Of a stretch of DNA of 64,000 bases, positions 63,237 through 64,000 are shown one piece after another. A program made the position numbers and the translations under genes. The first letter of the stretch is position 1, and every line of letters starts with the position of its first letter. Location of the stretch: positions 192,001 through 256,000 of the forward strand of contig CAWGED010000008.1 in NCBI GenBank assembly GCA_963821525.1, written 5' to 3'. The notes under the pieces are model-generated. The model had not been told where the DNA came from. It saw only the letters and a list, made by a program, of their open reading frames with translations, and did not search any database. The stretch comes from an uncultured Gemmatimonadales bacterium (lineage in GTDB: Bacteria > Gemmatimonadota > Gemmatimonadetes > Gemmatimonadales > GWC2-71-9).

Positions 63237-64000
63237 TTACTCCCAATGCCGGGGGGCGTCCTCCAGCTCGGCGAGGAGCACCCGATAGCTCTCCATCCGG
63301 TCGGCGCTAACCTCGCCCCGCTCCACCGCGGCGGTCACCGCGCAGCCAGGCTCGCCCATGTGCCGGCAATCGGGATACCGGCAGAATCCCAGCAGCGGCT
63401 GCAGCTCTGGAAAGCAGCGCGGCAGATCGCCGGGATCGATCCCCCAGAGCCCGACGTCGCTGAACCCGGGTGTGTCTACGATGAAGGCGTCGTGTCCGAC
63501 CGGGACCATCACGGCGGAGACGGTGGTGTTGGCACCCCGCTTGATCCGGGCACTGATTTCTCCGGTACGAAGGTCCAGGCCCGGCGCGAGCGCATTCAGC
63601 AGACTCGATTTCCCCGCTCCTGAAGGGCCGGCCACGACGGTCACCCGGCCTGCCAGTCGCTCCTTCAGCAATTCGAGACCCGCGCCGGTCCGGACGCTGG
63701 TACGGAACACCGGATAGCCGGCGCGCTGGAACCGGGCCGCCAGCTCATCTCCCGGATCGAGATCGGTCTTGTTGAGGACGACTGCCGCCGCGATATCATT
63801 CGCCGCGGCGACGACGAGAAGTCGATCGATCAGCTGGGGAATCGGGAGAGGATTGATGGTCGCGGTGACGACGAGAACTTCATCCACGTTCGCGGCCACC
63901 GGGCGGGTTCCACGGCCATCGGGGACTCGCCTCGCGAGGAGACTGTGCCGCTCCTCGACCTGCGAGATCCCGAAGGCATCGGCCACGCCGGATTCGGCGT
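63237..64000 (-). CDS. rsgA: Ribosome small subunit-dependent GTPase A (5' truncated by the window)
   Basis: ANVD, NKTD, GPSGAGKSS, DTPGF and C.Y.DC.H..EPGC. Confidence 0.95.
   Translation of the reverse strand, partial: AESGVADAFGISQVEERHSLLARRVPDGRGTRPVAANVDEVLVVTATINPLPIPQLIDRLLVVAAANDIAAAVVLNKTDLDPGDELAARFQRAGYPVFRTSVRTGAGLELLKERLAGRVTVVAGPSGAGKSSLLNALAPGLDLRTGEISARIKRGANTTVSAVMVPVGHDAFIVDTPGFSDVGLWGIDPGDLPRCFPELQPLLGFCRYPDCRHMGEPGCAVTAAVERGEVSADRMESYRVLLAELEDAPRHWE

Overview
GC-rich bacterial chromosomal window. The gene repertoire suggests a Gemmatimonadota-like organism (inference). The first ~25 kb is a methylotrophy island. It encodes the H4MPT/methylofuran formaldehyde-oxidation module (fhcB 3' end, fhcA, fhcD, fhcC, mch) and cofactor-biosynthesis genes (orf5/RimK, orf7/CitG, PTPS, orf17/HisA-like, orf9+orf21, mfnB, an SDR, pcbD, orf20, pabB/pabA, DUF447, mptG). 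It ends with a lanthanide-type PQQ methanol dehydrogenase operon (xoxF-xoxJ-xoxG, pentapeptide protein, YVTN propeller) behind a near-consensus sigma70 promoter and a ~515-nt structured leader. The remainder is mostly housekeeping and signalling (POP, pfkA, OmpA-TSP3, domain-swapped aconitase, diguanylate cyclase, lon, two Ser/Thr kinases, E1 fusion, TPR-TPR-S41, rsgA). A 79-aa Rdx/SelW-type selenoprotein gene (CxxU, in-frame TGA with a SECIS-like hairpin) lies upstream of pfkA and is missing from the ORF track. About 15 intergenic spacers hold 7-9-mer tandem arrays, mostly arranged as inverted arms. More than 20 genes carry single-base frameshifts, most likely long-read sequencing errors. No rRNA, tRNA, CRISPR or mobile element was recognised.
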